A DNA stretch of 19,034 nucleotides from Salinivirgaceae bacterium (GTDB lineage: Bacteria; Bacteroidota; Bacteroidia; Bacteroidales; SZUA-534): the NCBI GenBank assembly GCA_024405635.1, contig JAKSOL010000032.1:1-19034 (forward strand). The letters run 5' to 3'. Shown here in pieces: positions 6,658 to 17,547 of this stretch (position 1 is its first letter; every line of letters begins with the position of its first letter). The notes under the pieces are model-generated. The model had not been told where the DNA came from. It did no database searches and was given only the letters and a program-made list of their open reading frames with translations. The position numbers and the translations under genes are program-made.

Positions 6658-7422
6658 CTAATGTTCAAACAAGTTGTTCAATAGGCTTTGGTTTTCTTTG
6701 TTAGAGTTTGGCGAATTTGGTTGTAAGGCTTGAATGAGTTTACGAATAGGCATATTTTGTAACCAAACGCGACCCGTTCCGCGCAAAGTAGCAAGGAACA
6801 GACCCTCGCCGCCAAACATTGCTGTTTTTAAATTGCTGGCTAACTGAATGTTGTAGTCAATTTGTGGTTCAAAAGCAACAATACAACCAGTATCGATACG
6901 CAGTTCCTCGTTGTTTAAGTAACGCTCAACAACTGCACCGCACGAGTGAAGAAAAGCCATACCATCGCCGTCTAAACGTTCAAGAATAAATCCCTCGCCA
7001 CCAAACAAACCAGCGCCTAAACGGCGGTTAAAGGTTATTGACAATTTGGTGCCTAATGCAGCGCACAAAAATGCATCTTTTTGTGCTATTACGCTGCCTG
7101 TGTAGGCAAGGTTAATAGGAATAATTGTTCCCGGGTATGGCGAGGTAAATGCAACGTGTTTTTTGCCTAATGCTCTGTTGGTGAAATGTGTAATAAAAAC
7201 CGACTCGCCTGCAATCATTCGCGAGCCTGCCGAAAGTAATTTATCAAAAAAACCTTGCGATGGATTTGAACCGTCGCCCATTTTGGTTTCATAATCAATT
7301 CCGCTTTCCATATACATCATTGCTCCAGCCTCGGCTATAACGGTTTCCATAGGGTCTAATTCTATTTCAACAAGTTGAATGCCGTTACCCATTATCTTGT
7401 AATCAATTTCGTGCGATTTCAT
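6658..7422 (-). CDS. TIGR00266 / AIM24 family protein
   Basis: [26 protein letters not shown], repeated FGGEG motifs, GTGRVWLQ. Confidence 0.92.
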   Translation of the reverse strand: MKSHEIDYKIMGNGIQLVEIELDPMETVIAEAGAMMYMESGIDYETKMGDGSNPSQGFFDKLLSAGSRMIAGESVFITHFTNRALGKKHVAFTSPYPGTIIPINLAYTGSVIAQKDAFLCAALGTKLSITFNRRLGAGLFGGEGFILERLDGDGMAFLHSCGAVVERYLNNEELRIDTGCIVAFEPQIDYNIQLASNLKTAMFGGEGLFLATLRGTGRVWLQNMPIRKLIQALQPNSPNSNKENQSLLNNLFEH

Positions 7423-7464
7423 TGTCGTAAAAATTTTTTTTTAAACATAGTAAAAAACTAAAAA

Positions 7465-10254
7465 TCAATGTGCTTGTAACCAATCGTGCCCCACACCAAC
7501 ATCAACAGTTAGCGGCACGCTCAACCGCACAGCGCCTTCCATTTCTTGTTTAACCATTTGGCTCACAATATCTTGTTCGCCTTCTGCTACATCAAAAATT
7601 AACTCATCGTGTACTTGCATAATCATTTTGGTACGCAGTTTCATTTCGGCAAGACGTCGGTCGATGTTTATCATAGCAATTTTTATAATATCGGCGGCAC
7701 TGCCTTGTATTGGCGCATTAATAGCATTTCGCTCGGCGGCACTGCGCACCATGCTATTTGCCGATTGCAAATCGCTCAAATATCGGCGACGATGACAAAT
7801 GGTTTCGGCATAACCATTTTGGCGAGCCAAGGCAATACTTGTATCCATATACTCTTTAACCTTGGGGTAAGTCACAAAGTAATTGTCAATAATCTCTTTA
7901 GCCTCCGCCACTTTTATGCCCGTGTTTTGCGATAATCCGAACGACGAAATGCCGTAAATAATACCAAAGTTTGCGCCTTTGGCTTTGCTTCGTTGTTCGC
8001 GCGTAACTTGGTCGGTAGAAGTATGAAATAGTTTTGCAGCTGTTTCAGAGTGAATGTCTTTTTCGTTGCGAAAAGCTTCAACCATTAATGGGTCTTGACT
8101 TAAATGCGCCATAAGTCTCAACTCTATTTGCGAGTAGTCGGCAGCTATTAAACAACCGTTTGGTTGGCTAGCAATAAATGCCTTTCTGATAAGCTTTCCT
8201 TCCTGCTCGCGAACGGGTATGTTTTGCAAGTTAGGGTTGTTTGAACTTAATCGTCCGGTTGCTGTAACTGCCTGATTATATGATGTGTGTATGCGGCCAG
8301 TGCGTTCGTTAACCAATTTTGGCAAAGCCTCGGCATAGGTCGAAAGCATTTTTTTTGTTGAACGGTAATCAAGTATTTTTTTCACAATAGGATGGCTGTC
8401 GGCCAATTTTTCGAGCACGTCTTCGGCAGTTGAATATTGCTTTGTTTTGGTCATTGGTGGCTTTTTCACAATTTGCAAACGCTCATAAAGCACCTCACCC
8501 AATTGCTTAGGCGATGCAACATTAAACTCAACTCCAGCTAATTGATGTATTTCTTCTTCAATTTTAATTGCCTGATTGCGAAGTGTTTCAGCATATTCAT
8601 TTAAAGCATCGGAATCGATTTTAACTCCCGCGTGCTCCATTTTTGCAAGTACTGGAATAAGTGGTGTTTCAACATCGAAAAACAACGAAAGCATACCAAC
8701 TTTTTCAAGTTCAGTTTGCAACACATTTTTTAGTTGAAAGGCTATGTCGGCATCTTCGCAAGCATAGTCACGCAAACGGTTCAGTTCAACATTGCGCATT
8801 GGTATTTCGCCATGCTTGCCCATCAATTCTTCGGTTTTTATTTTTTTGTAACCTAGATAGGTTTCGGCCAAAAGGTCTATTCCATGACGTTGTTCTGGTT
8901 GCAGCAAATAGTGAGCAATCATTGTGTCGAATAGTTTTCCACGCACCTCAACTCCGTAATTCATAAGCACTTGTATGTCGTACTTCATGTTTTGACCGAT
9001 TTTCAAAATTGTTTCATTTTCGAAAAATGGACGGAGGCGATTAACTGTGGCTTGCGCTTCGGTTTGGTCCTCAGGCACAAGTACCATCCAACCAGTTTTT
9101 GGCGCAGTGGCAAAGGTTATGGCAACTAGCTGAGCATCAATGGTGTTGAGCGAAGTTGTTTCGGTGTCGAAGCATACCTCGGGACATTTGAGCAATAGTT
9201 GGCAAAGTTGCTCTTGTTCTTCGCTAGTTTGCGCTACAACATAGTTGGGTTTTTCGGTTGTAATATCTTTTAGTTCAGAAGGTTGTGCAAATAGTTCTGG
9301 TTCATCAAACTCAAACAGCGAACCTTGTCCGTGTTGTTCTTGAACCGCTTTTTTGGGTGTTTGTTTTACAACGTTTTGGGTAGGGCCGCCAAGCAGAGCA
9401 GCAAATCGGTTTTGGAATTCAAGCTCAACAAACAAATCGTTTAGTCGTTGTCTGTCGGGTTCTTTGCGCTCAAAATCGGCAGCATTAAATTCAATTGGCG
9501 CATTACGATCAATGGTGGCAAGAACCTTTGACAACTCAACTTGCTCGCGAAACTTCTCAAAGTTTTCTTTTTGCTTTCCTTTTAGTTGGTCAATGTTCTG
9601 ATAAATACCCTCAATGTTTCCAAAATCCTTTATCAGTTTTTCGGCACTTTTTGGTCCCACACCTGGGCAACCCGGAATGTTATCAGAGGCATCTCCCATA
9701 AGTCCCAAAAGGTCAATTATTTGGCATGGTTCAACTCCAAATTTTTCTCTCACCTTTGCAGCGTCCCAAATTTCGTGTTCGTCGCCCGAACGACCAGGCT
9801 TATACACGCTAATTCCATCGGTTACAAGTTGAGCATAATCTTTGTCAGGTGTCATCATAAACACCTGTAAGCCTGCGCTTTTAGCTTTATATGCTAATGT
9901 TCCTATCAAGTCGTCGGCCTCGTAACGATCAAGTTGAATAATTGGAATGTTAAGCGCTGCTATTACATCTTTAATAATAGGAATTGCTTGACGCATATCT
10001 TCGGGCATGGCTTCGCGGTTGGCCTTGTATTGGTCAAACATTTCGTGGCGGAAAGTTGGTCCGTGTGGATCGAAAACCACACCAATGTGGCTTGGATTTT
10101 CTTTTTGCAATAGCTGCAAAAGCGAGTTTGTGAAACCAAATACCGCCGAAGTGTTCACTCCTTTTGAATTTTTGAGCGGATTTTTGATAAAGGCGTAGTA
10201 AGCCCTATAGGCAAGTGCATAAGCATCAAGCAGATAGATTGTATTTTCGGCCAT
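7465..10254 (-). CDS. polA: DNA polymerase I
   Basis: 5'-3' exonuclease (YKANR, EADD, DKD, GDASDNIPG), 3'-5' exonuclease (FDTETT, YACEDAD), polymerase motifs (TGRLSS.NPNLQNIP, ADYSQIELR, K..NFGIIYG, QVHDEL). Confidence 0.99.
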   Translation of the reverse strand: MAENTIYLLDAYALAYRAYYAFIKNPLKNSKGVNTSAVFGFTNSLLQLLQKENPSHIGVVFDPHGPTFRHEMFDQYKANREAMPEDMRQAIPIIKDVIAALNIPIIQLDRYEADDLIGTLAYKAKSAGLQVFMMTPDKDYAQLVTDGISVYKPGRSGDEHEIWDAAKVREKFGVEPCQIIDLLGLMGDASDNIPGCPGVGPKSAEKLIKDFGNIEGIYQNIDQLKGKQKENFEKFREQVELSKVLATIDRNAPIEFNAADFERKEPDRQRLNDLFVELEFQNRFAALLGGPTQNVVKQTPKKAVQEQHGQGSLFEFDEPELFAQPSELKDITTEKPNYVVAQTSEEQEQLCQLLLKCPEVCFDTETTSLNTIDAQLVAITFATAPKTGWMVLVPEDQTEAQATVNRLRPFFENETILKIGQNMKYDIQVLMNYGVEVRGKLFDTMIAHYLLQPEQRHGIDLLAETYLGYKKIKTEELMGKHGEIPMRNVELNRLRDYACEDADIAFQLKNVLQTELEKVGMLSLFFDVETPLIPVLAKMEHAGVKIDSDALNEYAETLRNQAIKIEEEIHQLAGVEFNVASPKQLGEVLYERLQIVKKPPMTKTKQYSTAEDVLEKLADSHPIVKKILDYRSTKKMLSTYAEALPKLVNERTGRIHTSYNQAVTATGRLSSNNPNLQNIPVREQEGKLIRKAFIASQPNGCLIAADYSQIELRLMAHLSQDPLMVEAFRNEKDIHSETAAKLFHTSTDQVTREQRSKAKGANFGIIYGISSFGLSQNTGIKVAEAKEIIDNYFVTYPKVKEYMDTSIALARQNGYAETICHRRRYLSDLQSANSMVRSAAERNAINAPIQGSAADIIKIAMINIDRRLAEMKLRTKMIMQVHDELIFDVAEGEQDIVSQMVKQEMEGAVRLSVPLTVDVGVGHDWLQAH

Positions 10255-10276
10255 TTTTAATTAAATAAAACAAAGC

Positions 10277-10284
10277 CAAATATA
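10277..10284 (-). promoter_or_regulatory. Putative -7 promoter element for polA
   Basis: TATATTTG on the minus strand 22 nt upstream of the ATG in a 56-bp intergenic gap. Confidence 0.55.
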
Positions 10285-10310
10285 CTTTTTTGGGAGCAAT
10301 AAAAACTCTC

Positions 10311-11981
10311 TTATTTTGAGTGTTTACGCTCAGCTTTTTTAAGCTTTTTGGCAATGTGGTTACGCTGCTCTTCTTTTGGAATGGCTAACGACAATGCTTT
10401 TTGCCAACTTGTTATTGCTTGCTGATTGTTGTTATTGGCAGCATAGTAATCGCCCATCAATTCGTGAGTGCGATAATACATAGGGTTTGCTTGAACAAAC
10501 GAATCGATTTGATTGATTGACAATGGTAATTTGTTTTTTATATAGTTCTTAACCAAACGTTCGTAGTGACGATAGTTGTAAAGATGCTGCAAATCGTTAG
10601 TAGCCGATGTGTCGGCTGCAACATTTAGGCTAGTGGTAGCAAATGTTTGGCAATCGCTATTGGGATTGGCAAAAATGGTGGCAAGGTTGTATGCAACATA
10701 CTCTCCGCATTGCCACGGCGAAGTTGACACCCACATCATCAAACTATCGGGAGCAAAAACAACTGAATGATGACCAAGGAATTGGTTAAGAGCCATTTCG
10801 TTTCCTATGCCAATATTTGTGCCGCCTACTCCGCGATAGTCGCGCAAAATTGATATACATTTTTGGTAATCAATTGGTTGCAAACTATCAATTAATTCAT
10901 TTATTCGCTTCCAACGGTGAGGACTGTCGCTTGTTGCAACATTGTCAATGTTGCTAGTCTCGCTTGCAAACTCAGCTGACTGATAGTGGTTTGTGCTAAT
11001 GATGTACGGTGTTTGCGTGGTGAAAAGAGCCTGTCGGGTTGGAGTTTTTTCAATTACAACAGCGCGGTGGTCGCGAGCCGAAGCTATAAGAATGGCCTCA
11101 CTCACAAAAATTTTGCTGCTATCGGCAATGGCAATCGCCTCGTCGATATTTGATGCATATTGCAATATCTTTCTGATTACCAACGATATTGGTGTTGCCG
11201 ACGATGTTGGCATTTCGGCTCTGGCCGAGTTAATAGTGGCAGTTAATCCGCACTCGTTCATTCCCGACAACACACCTACCATGCCTGGCCATCCAATCGA
11301 AGCAAATTTGTAACCATCGGTTGGGAAGAAAAAGCTCACAAGTTTGTTTTTTGCAAAATCTTCGCCTATGTAAAAATCCATGTTGCGACCAACTAGCAAA
11401 CTGCCATTGGTGGTAATAGAATCCCACGCAGCAAACGACGAACAACCCACAAGCATATAATCTTGCATGGTATGGCCAATGTCGTGTGCCGAATGGTAGT
11501 TCATTTGACGAAAATAAGACGAACCTGAGAAATCAAAATCGTGGCTGCACGACAGCGATTGTCCGTAAATTTCTTGCTTAAACTCGTCATCGACATACTT
11601 GTCTAAATTGCGATTGAAATAAAAGATGAAGTGCTTTAAAAAATTGAAATATGTTTTTGATGGTACAAATTCTGTCAATTGATTTACAAAAACATTTTCT
11701 TGATAGTACAAAAGAGGTTCAAGCAGTTTTCCAATTGCCACTCCTCGTTCAAATGGTTCACCAACAGCTCGCATCTCCCAAAGTCCGCTGGTGCTATGAC
11801 ACAAGCGACTGCTACCTACAAACAAAGCCGAATCGACACGTACAACTTGTGTAGTGTCCATTGGTGGCATATTGGTTGGCGCATCAAATTCGTGCATGTT
11901 TAGCAACAGAAAAAACTGAACCACTACTGCCAAAAAAGCACTGATAGTCAGATAAATAAAAAAATTTTTTATCGTTTTCAT
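10311..11981 (-). CDS. Peptidase C45 family autoproteolytic acyltransferase/hydrolase (Ntn fold) with N-terminal membrane anchor and C-terminal TPR-like region
   Basis: HDIGH...G-CSSF (nucleophile Cys), LLVGRNMDF, SGMNECGL, TNHYQ, S..RW.R; C-terminal NPMYYRTHELMGDYY...AITSWQKAL. Confidence 0.88.
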   Translation of the reverse strand: MKTIKNFFIYLTISAFLAVVVQFFLLLNMHEFDAPTNMPPMDTTQVVRVDSALFVGSSRLCHSTSGLWEMRAVGEPFERGVAIGKLLEPLLYYQENVFVNQLTEFVPSKTYFNFLKHFIFYFNRNLDKYVDDEFKQEIYGQSLSCSHDFDFSGSSYFRQMNYHSAHDIGHTMQDYMLVGCSSFAAWDSITTNGSLLVGRNMDFYIGEDFAKNKLVSFFFPTDGYKFASIGWPGMVGVLSGMNECGLTATINSARAEMPTSSATPISLVIRKILQYASNIDEAIAIADSSKIFVSEAILIASARDHRAVVIEKTPTRQALFTTQTPYIISTNHYQSAEFASETSNIDNVATSDSPHRWKRINELIDSLQPIDYQKCISILRDYRGVGGTNIGIGNEMALNQFLGHHSVVFAPDSLMMWVSTSPWQCGEYVAYNLATIFANPNSDCQTFATTSLNVAADTSATNDLQHLYNYRHYERLVKNYIKNKLPLSINQIDSFVQANPMYYRTHELMGDYYAANNNNQQAITSWQKALSLAIPKEEQRNHIAKKLKKAERKHSK

Positions 11982-11997
11982 ATTGCTGATATTACAA

Positions 11998-13485
11998 TTA
12001 AGCCTTTGCTATTTTTTTCGCCAAATAATCTTCACCAACAAAATCGGCACAAGTGAGTGCTGCTGTGATAGTTACCCCCAACGCTCCGTGCACATTCAAA
12101 TTTTGACCTGTGTAAAACAAATTGCCCAATTTTGTTCGGGTTGATACAAAGCCAACTTGCGGACATTTGTAGTTTTTAATAACTCCGTAAGCCGAACCAT
12201 CAACAGTAGCTGTGTAGTTTAGGTAACTTAGTGGCGATGTGGTAAATATCTCTTCAATTGAGTTACTAAAGTCGTAGCCTTGTTCTCGCATAAATGCTAG
12301 AATTTGCTCCACCTTGCGAGCCTTAAACTCTCGGTATTCATCGCCACGCTGCTCTGGTTGTGTGCCAATCCATTTTTCAACCTCGCTCATGTACATAGGA
12401 GTAAGCACCGATACTATATCGGCAAAACCGTTGCCTTTTTCCGATGCTTGGCACGAAATCATGCAGTTGGTTGTTTGGCCTTGATAGTTTTGGCGGTCGT
12501 ACCATACATCGTTGTTTCCATGCAAGTAAATGTTGTGATTAAAGTATGGAACTGTGCCGGGCTTCATTGCCATAAATAGCGAAAAAATTCCGTATGTATT
12601 TGGCAATGAATTAATTCTAGTATAATAAGCATTTTTAATGCAGTGGCATTTATCAAGTATTTTAAGAGTTTGGCTAGGATGAACGTTTGATATAACATTC
12701 TTTGCCTCAATAAATTCCTCGCCATTAACCACTACTCCGCTCACATGGTTATCGGCTACCACAATACGAGTAACCTCGCTACTATTGCGAACTGTGCCAC
12801 CGTTGGCACGAATAACGTCGATGAGCAAGTTGCTTGCTTGCTGGCTGCCATCGACAAAACGATAGGCACTTTCGATGTACGAGTTGTTTATCATTCCGTG
12901 AACGTAAAAATTCGACTCGTTGCGCACACCGCCATATAGCAGTGCCGAGCCTGCCAAAACGGCCTGCAAGTCGGCATTTGAAATAGTTTGCTCAATTAGT
13001 CCAGCAGCCGATGTGCAGAAAAAACGCATTCCCTCGTTTGCTATCACTCCGTTTTTTAGATTATTGAGGCTGATAAGGTCGCCCACCTCTTTAATGCTTT
13101 CAACATAGCGCATAAGATTTTGGCGTTGGTCAGGAAACTGTGCAGCCAATGTGTCGACAAAGTTCTGATGCCCGATGGCAAAGTTGTAGGTGCGTCCGTG
13201 ATAATGAATCTCGTCAAAAGCATTAGTATCAAGGCGGCGCAACTTTAGTTTGTCCATTATGCCGAAGTAGCGAAAGTATTGGTTCATAATTTGGCCATCG
13301 TCAAGACTGCCAACATAGTGAATACCAGTATCTAACAGGTGTGACTTACGTTTGTATGATTGAAAGCATCCACCAAAGTTTGCGTTTTTTTCAAGCACAC
13401 AAACATTGTAACCTTCTTTGCTTAAAATGGCGCCGCACTCTAGGCCTCCCAAACCACTGCCTATAATAATTATGTCGTACATCAT
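11998..13485 (-). CDS. FAD/NAD(P)-dependent oxidoreductase, phytoene desaturase / retinol saturase-like
   Basis: DIIIIGSGLGGL Rossmann motif, VLEK...GG, DTGIHYVG, GSAYG, NLFYTGQ...HG..GV; ATGA overlap with the upstream gene. Confidence 0.88.
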   Translation of the reverse strand: MMYDIIIIGSGLGGLECGAILSKEGYNVCVLEKNANFGGCFQSYKRKSHLLDTGIHYVGSLDDGQIMNQYFRYFGIMDKLKLRRLDTNAFDEIHYHGRTYNFAIGHQNFVDTLAAQFPDQRQNLMRYVESIKEVGDLISLNNLKNGVIANEGMRFFCTSAAGLIEQTISNADLQAVLAGSALLYGGVRNESNFYVHGMINNSYIESAYRFVDGSQQASNLLIDVIRANGGTVRNSSEVTRIVVADNHVSGVVVNGEEFIEAKNVISNVHPSQTLKILDKCHCIKNAYYTRINSLPNTYGIFSLFMAMKPGTVPYFNHNIYLHGNNDVWYDRQNYQGQTTNCMISCQASEKGNGFADIVSVLTPMYMSEVEKWIGTQPEQRGDEYREFKARKVEQILAFMREQGYDFSNSIEEIFTTSPLSYLNYTATVDGSAYGVIKNYKCPQVGFVSTRTKLGNLFYTGQNLNVHGALGVTITAALTCADFVGEDYLAKKIAKA

Positions 13486-16400
13486 TTGCTTAAAATATAA
13501 ATGGTGTTTGAGGTGTATTGGTCATTCTTGTGTTCGTCAACCTTCATTCCCAATTCGTTGGCTATTTGCTCAATAAATTTATTATCGAAAAAGCACAATT
13601 CCTCCTGCGTTTTGTTAAATGCAAGCAGTTTGGTTGAAAAGAACTCGGTTAGTTTAGTCACTTTGTGTTTATTGCCGCTAGTGTTGCCATCGCGAATAAT
13701 AATTTTACCACCAGGCAATAACATTTCGGCGCAACGTAATATCAGCTCGCGCTGTTTTTGACTGCTCATATAATGCAACATGTCGTTCATTATAAAAACA
13801 TTAGCCTGCCCAATATTGTATTTCACAGCATCGGCACAAACAAATTCCAAATTCAGCCGCTTGCGCAACCAGCCATTTTGCGCCACAGCTATTTTGTCTT
13901 CATCATAATCGATGCCCAAAATTTGGCGCTGAGGTGAGGTTTGCGCCAACATGTAACATAATGGACCATAGCCACAACCAATGTCAACTATTTTTCCTTC
14001 GCGCGGAATAATCTCGTCAAACTGCTGATAACAATGCTCCATACGAACTTTTACTCGCAAATACCACTCCTCAACTGGCCCTTTGTAAATAAAGTTATGT
14101 ATAAGATTGTCGTAAAAGGCTATGTTTTGGGTATTGCCAAACTGCACATTAAGTTCGTTTAAACGGTTGCGAATAATGGCTGCTGTGTTTTTGGTTTGCT
14201 GCTGATATGTTTCGCCATACATTGCATCGGTTGGGGGAATTCGTTTTTCAACTGAAACAACCAATGTGGCTCGGCGCAAGTTAAACGATTGATTTTTTGC
14301 AATGGCATCGTGCGCTCCATATATCACTACTGGAACAACATCCATTTGCAACTGTGTGGCCAAATAGGCTGCGCCTTTATGAAAACGATGCAACTGCCCA
14401 TCGACCGAACGTGAGCCCTCAGGAAAAACAAAAATTGAATATCCCTCGTCAACCTTTTTGCGCACTGCATCTAGGTTAAAATCGTAACCATCGCCTACGT
14501 AAAAGAAACCTGCATAACGAACCAATGGACCAAAAATTGGCGAGTTCCAAACCCAATCTTTAACCACCATCAATATTCGTGGCGAAAGCGAAAGACCCAA
14601 AAGTATGTCGATAAACGATTGGTGGTTGGCTATAACCAAAGCTGGTTTTTCAAACTTTTCGGCTGTTGGGTTCAATATTGTGCGTTTAAAGAAAATAGCT
14701 GAAGCTATGCTCATTATTAACTTGCAGGTAATGTGTAGCAAGTAACATATAACTCGCTGTTTTACTGTACGTTTTACAGGAACAACCAGCAACAACAACA
14801 TTACCACACTTATGAGCACGCATCCTATAAAAAACAATCCGAAGAAAATGACCATGCGCAAAAGACTGCTCAAAGTGTAGGGTGGTAAACCTTTGCTAGC
14901 CGGATTTGCTATAAAAAAGTTGAAGATTAGCGGCTCAATGGTATATCCCACAAACACAACCGACAACATTCCAATTATTGAAATAACCGAAATGGATTGC
15001 AAAGCTGGGTGTTGCGCAATTACCAAAATGCCTATGCCCACAATAATTGTAAATGTGGAGCAGAAAATTGCCGTTTTGTGCGAGTTAAGAATCTGTTGGC
15101 CTGTGCGGTTCTTGTTTATCAAACCGTCCATTATAAAGATGCTAAAGTCGTCGCCAATGCCAAAAATAAACGTCGATAGAATGATGTTAATAATGTTGAA
15201 CTCGATGCCTAAAATAGCCATGAGCCCAAGAATGATAATCCAACTCAAAAACATTGGTGTAAAACTCAACAACGCCAGCTCTAACCTTCCAAACGAAAAA
15301 TACAATGCCGCAAATATCAAGAATGCCGACACATACAAAATCCAGTTAAAGTCATCATTTATGGTTTGCACACATTTGTTGGTAAAGTATCGGCGATCAA
15401 ACACCACAACGTTGCTATTTGTTGACTCAAGTTGCGCGTAAACCGAATCTTTATACTGATTTTCAATTTTTATTTGGCTGATTAGCATGTGAATAGAATC
15501 GCCTTGCGAGTGCCACGAACTTAGCATTTCGTCAAACAAAGCATTTTCGCCCGCTTCGTAATCGTATGGTTTACATTCGGAATCGAACCAAGCAAAAAAA
15601 CGGTTGAACGAGGTTAACTTAAATCCGCACTCTACAGCAGCTTTTTCAATGTTGCTATGCAATGCAGCTCTACGTTCAGCTGTCCAATAGTTGTTCCAAC
15701 GATTGATGCGGTTGCGTTGCTCGGTACTACTAAGTACAAAACGCTCGGCTTGACCGTTGAGTTTAATCAAATGTTGGTTGTCTAATTTGCGCAATTCGAT
15801 GTTAGTCAACTTGTAGCTTTCAATAGCATCGTCAATAGTACTTCCAACACTCACAACCATAACACTTGACACTGTATCCTCTTCGGTGCCCATTATTTTT
15901 TGCTTGGCTTGCGCCAAATGGTCGGGTTCGTAGTACATGGTCATCATGTCGCCATTAAAACCTACATTGTTGCACTTAAACAAGCACACAATGGTAAGCA
16001 ACAGCAAGCCGCCTACAAGCCATTTGTTTTTTTCGCACTGATAAGCATTTACACGCTCTACAAAATTCAGCACACAGCCTTTCTTTACATCAATTTGACC
16101 AACCAAAAAATGAGGAAGGAAAATGAGGCAAAAAAGTGTGGTTCCTATTAGCGCCACCGATGCAAACAAACCAAAATCGCGCAAAAGTTGTGAGTTTGTG
16201 AAAACAAGGCTGAAAAATGCACCTATGGTTGTAAATCCACCTACAGTAAGCGGATAGGTAATTTCGTTTATAAGTTGGCGCACATCGGCCACATGATTTT
16301 GATGTGCAAGCATGTGTATTGAGTAACTTAATGCTATGCCAAACACAATGGAACCTGCTCCAACTGCCATTGCCGATATTTCGCCTTGCCAAAGTGCAAT

Positions 16401-17342
16401 AAATGCCAACGAGAATAAACATCCGAAAATGGCTGGCACTATTATTAGCAAAACCGAGCGTTTTTTTCTGAACATCAGCAAGATAAACACAACTATAACC
16501 ACCAAAGCAATGGTAAGCGTTAGTGCAGTGTCGCGCTCAATTTGTCGAGCATTGTAAACACTTATGGCAGCGCCACCAAAGTACTCGATGCGCACATTGT
16601 TTTGGGCTGCATTGCGTTGAGCAATCAGTTGCTCGATGCGTGTTACTAGTTTTTCGTTATCGCCAATGCTTTCCATTCCGTTGCGCGGAGTAATAAGCAT
16701 CATCATGGCCGACGAGTCGGGCGAAAAAATGTAACCGCCTACTAACGAGTATGTGTCGTCAACATTAAAATCTTGCAACTTGAGTAGCGCATTATTGCCA
16801 AAGCCTAACGGATCGTTCAAAATAAAATTCCTACTCACTATACCAGCCATCGATAGCAGGTTTGAACGATTGGCTTTCATACGTTGAGCTATTGCTTCTG
16901 GTTGACAAACGCTATCAAAATAAGCATAGTCGGCACTATCGGCAAACAATGGTAAGTGGCTGTAAACAAATTCACTAACTCCACTTACCAAATCGGTTTC
17001 GTCTATACTCAACAAAATGTCGTCGATGGTGGTTTGACCAAATTCGGCCATTAAACTATCGCGCAACAACTGAGCTTCAGATGCTGCTTGTTGCACATTG
17101 AGTTGGCCATTTTCGCCTGCCGAAAAAAGAACAAACATTTTGTCCTTAATCTTCAGATTTCCAAACACTTTGCCCATGTTGTTACTTTTGTCAATGTTTG
17201 GAATAAAAGCGGTAAGACTTTGGTTCATTCTGATAGTAGAACAAACAAGAATAATCGCCACAAAACTGGCTAACATCGACACGTATAGCCACACGCGATG
17301 TTTTTCAAAAAAATTGTAAATGGCAATAAAAAAGGCGCTCAT
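13482..17342 (-). CDS. Trifunctional MMPL/RND transporter - PlsC-type acyltransferase - class I SAM methyltransferase fusion
   Basis: Two MMPL TM bundles (GIALSYSIH, GIGDDFSIF), acyltransferase NHQSFID and FPEGSRS, methyltransferase IVDIGCGYG and GIDYDE. ATG at 17342 (the ORF track uses the preceding TTG at 17345). Confidence 0.92.
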   Translation of the reverse strand: MSAFFIAIYNFFEKHRVWLYVSMLASFVAIILVCSTIRMNQSLTAFIPNIDKSNNMGKVFGNLKIKDKMFVLFSAGENGQLNVQQAASEAQLLRDSLMAEFGQTTIDDILLSIDETDLVSGVSEFVYSHLPLFADSADYAYFDSVCQPEAIAQRMKANRSNLLSMAGIVSRNFILNDPLGFGNNALLKLQDFNVDDTYSLVGGYIFSPDSSAMMMLITPRNGMESIGDNEKLVTRIEQLIAQRNAAQNNVRIEYFGGAAISVYNARQIERDTALTLTIALVVIVVFILLMFRKKRSVLLIIVPAIFGCLFSLAFIALWQGEISAMAVGAGSIVFGIALSYSIHMLAHQNHVADVRQLINEITYPLTVGGFTTIGAFFSLVFTNSQLLRDFGLFASVALIGTTLFCLIFLPHFLVGQIDVKKGCVLNFVERVNAYQCEKNKWLVGGLLLLTIVCLFKCNNVGFNGDMMTMYYEPDHLAQAKQKIMGTEEDTVSSVMVVSVGSTIDDAIESYKLTNIELRKLDNQHLIKLNGQAERFVLSSTEQRNRINRWNNYWTAERRAALHSNIEKAAVECGFKLTSFNRFFAWFDSECKPYDYEAGENALFDEMLSSWHSQGDSIHMLISQIKIENQYKDSVYAQLESTNSNVVVFDRRYFTNKCVQTINDDFNWILYVSAFLIFAALYFSFGRLELALLSFTPMFLSWIIILGLMAILGIEFNIINIILSTFIFGIGDDFSIFIMDGLINKNRTGQQILNSHKTAIFCSTFTIIVGIGILVIAQHPALQSISVISIIGMLSVVFVGYTIEPLIFNFFIANPASKGLPPYTLSSLLRMVIFFGLFFIGCVLISVVMLLLLVVPVKRTVKQRVICYLLHITCKLIMSIASAIFFKRTILNPTAEKFEKPALVIANHQSFIDILLGLSLSPRILMVVKDWVWNSPIFGPLVRYAGFFYVGDGYDFNLDAVRKKVDEGYSIFVFPEGSRSVDGQLHRFHKGAAYLATQLQMDVVPVVIYGAHDAIAKNQSFNLRRATLVVSVEKRIPPTDAMYGETYQQQTKNTAAIIRNRLNELNVQFGNTQNIAFYDNLIHNFIYKGPVEEWYLRVKVRMEHCYQQFDEIIPREGKIVDIGCGYGPLCYMLAQTSPQRQILGIDYDEDKIAVAQNGWLRKRLNLEFVCADAVKYNIGQANVFIMNDMLHYMSSQKQRELILRCAEMLLPGGKIIIRDGNTSGNKHKVTKLTEFFSTKLLAFNKTQEELCFFDNKFIEQIANELGMKVDEHKNDQYTSNTIYILSK

Positions 17343-17491
17343 CAATATGAATTTATAAGGTGTGCAATTTAAAAACGGAACAAGAATTATTCAAATTGAA
17401 AAACTGCGCTCAAAATAATTGATAAAAATTTCATATTATTTTGGTTATATACATTTTACATCATGTTACATAAACACATTTTTTTACAAAC

Positions 17492-17526
17492 AAAAAAAGC
17501 TGCTGGGCACAAAACCTAGCAGCTTT
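17492..17526 (-). terminator. Intrinsic terminator of the PerR-rubrerythrin operon
   Basis: Minus strand AAAGCTGCTAGG-TTTTGTG-CCCAGCAGC followed by 7 T, about 20 nt after the stop. Confidence 0.85.
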
Positions 17527-17547
17527 CTTCTTAATTAACTAAATTAT

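Noticed and set aside
7465-10254. Intein or unusual insertion in polA
   Set aside because: The 929-aa length and domain order are typical; the low-complexity linker between exonuclease domains is normal.
14893-15441. 182-aa + strand ORF and the other short ORFs nested in or antisense to long genes (e.g. 411-710, 3147-3494, 7609-7935, 10993-11313, 17776-18072)
   Set aside because: Shadow ORFs of well-supported genes with no recognisable motifs.
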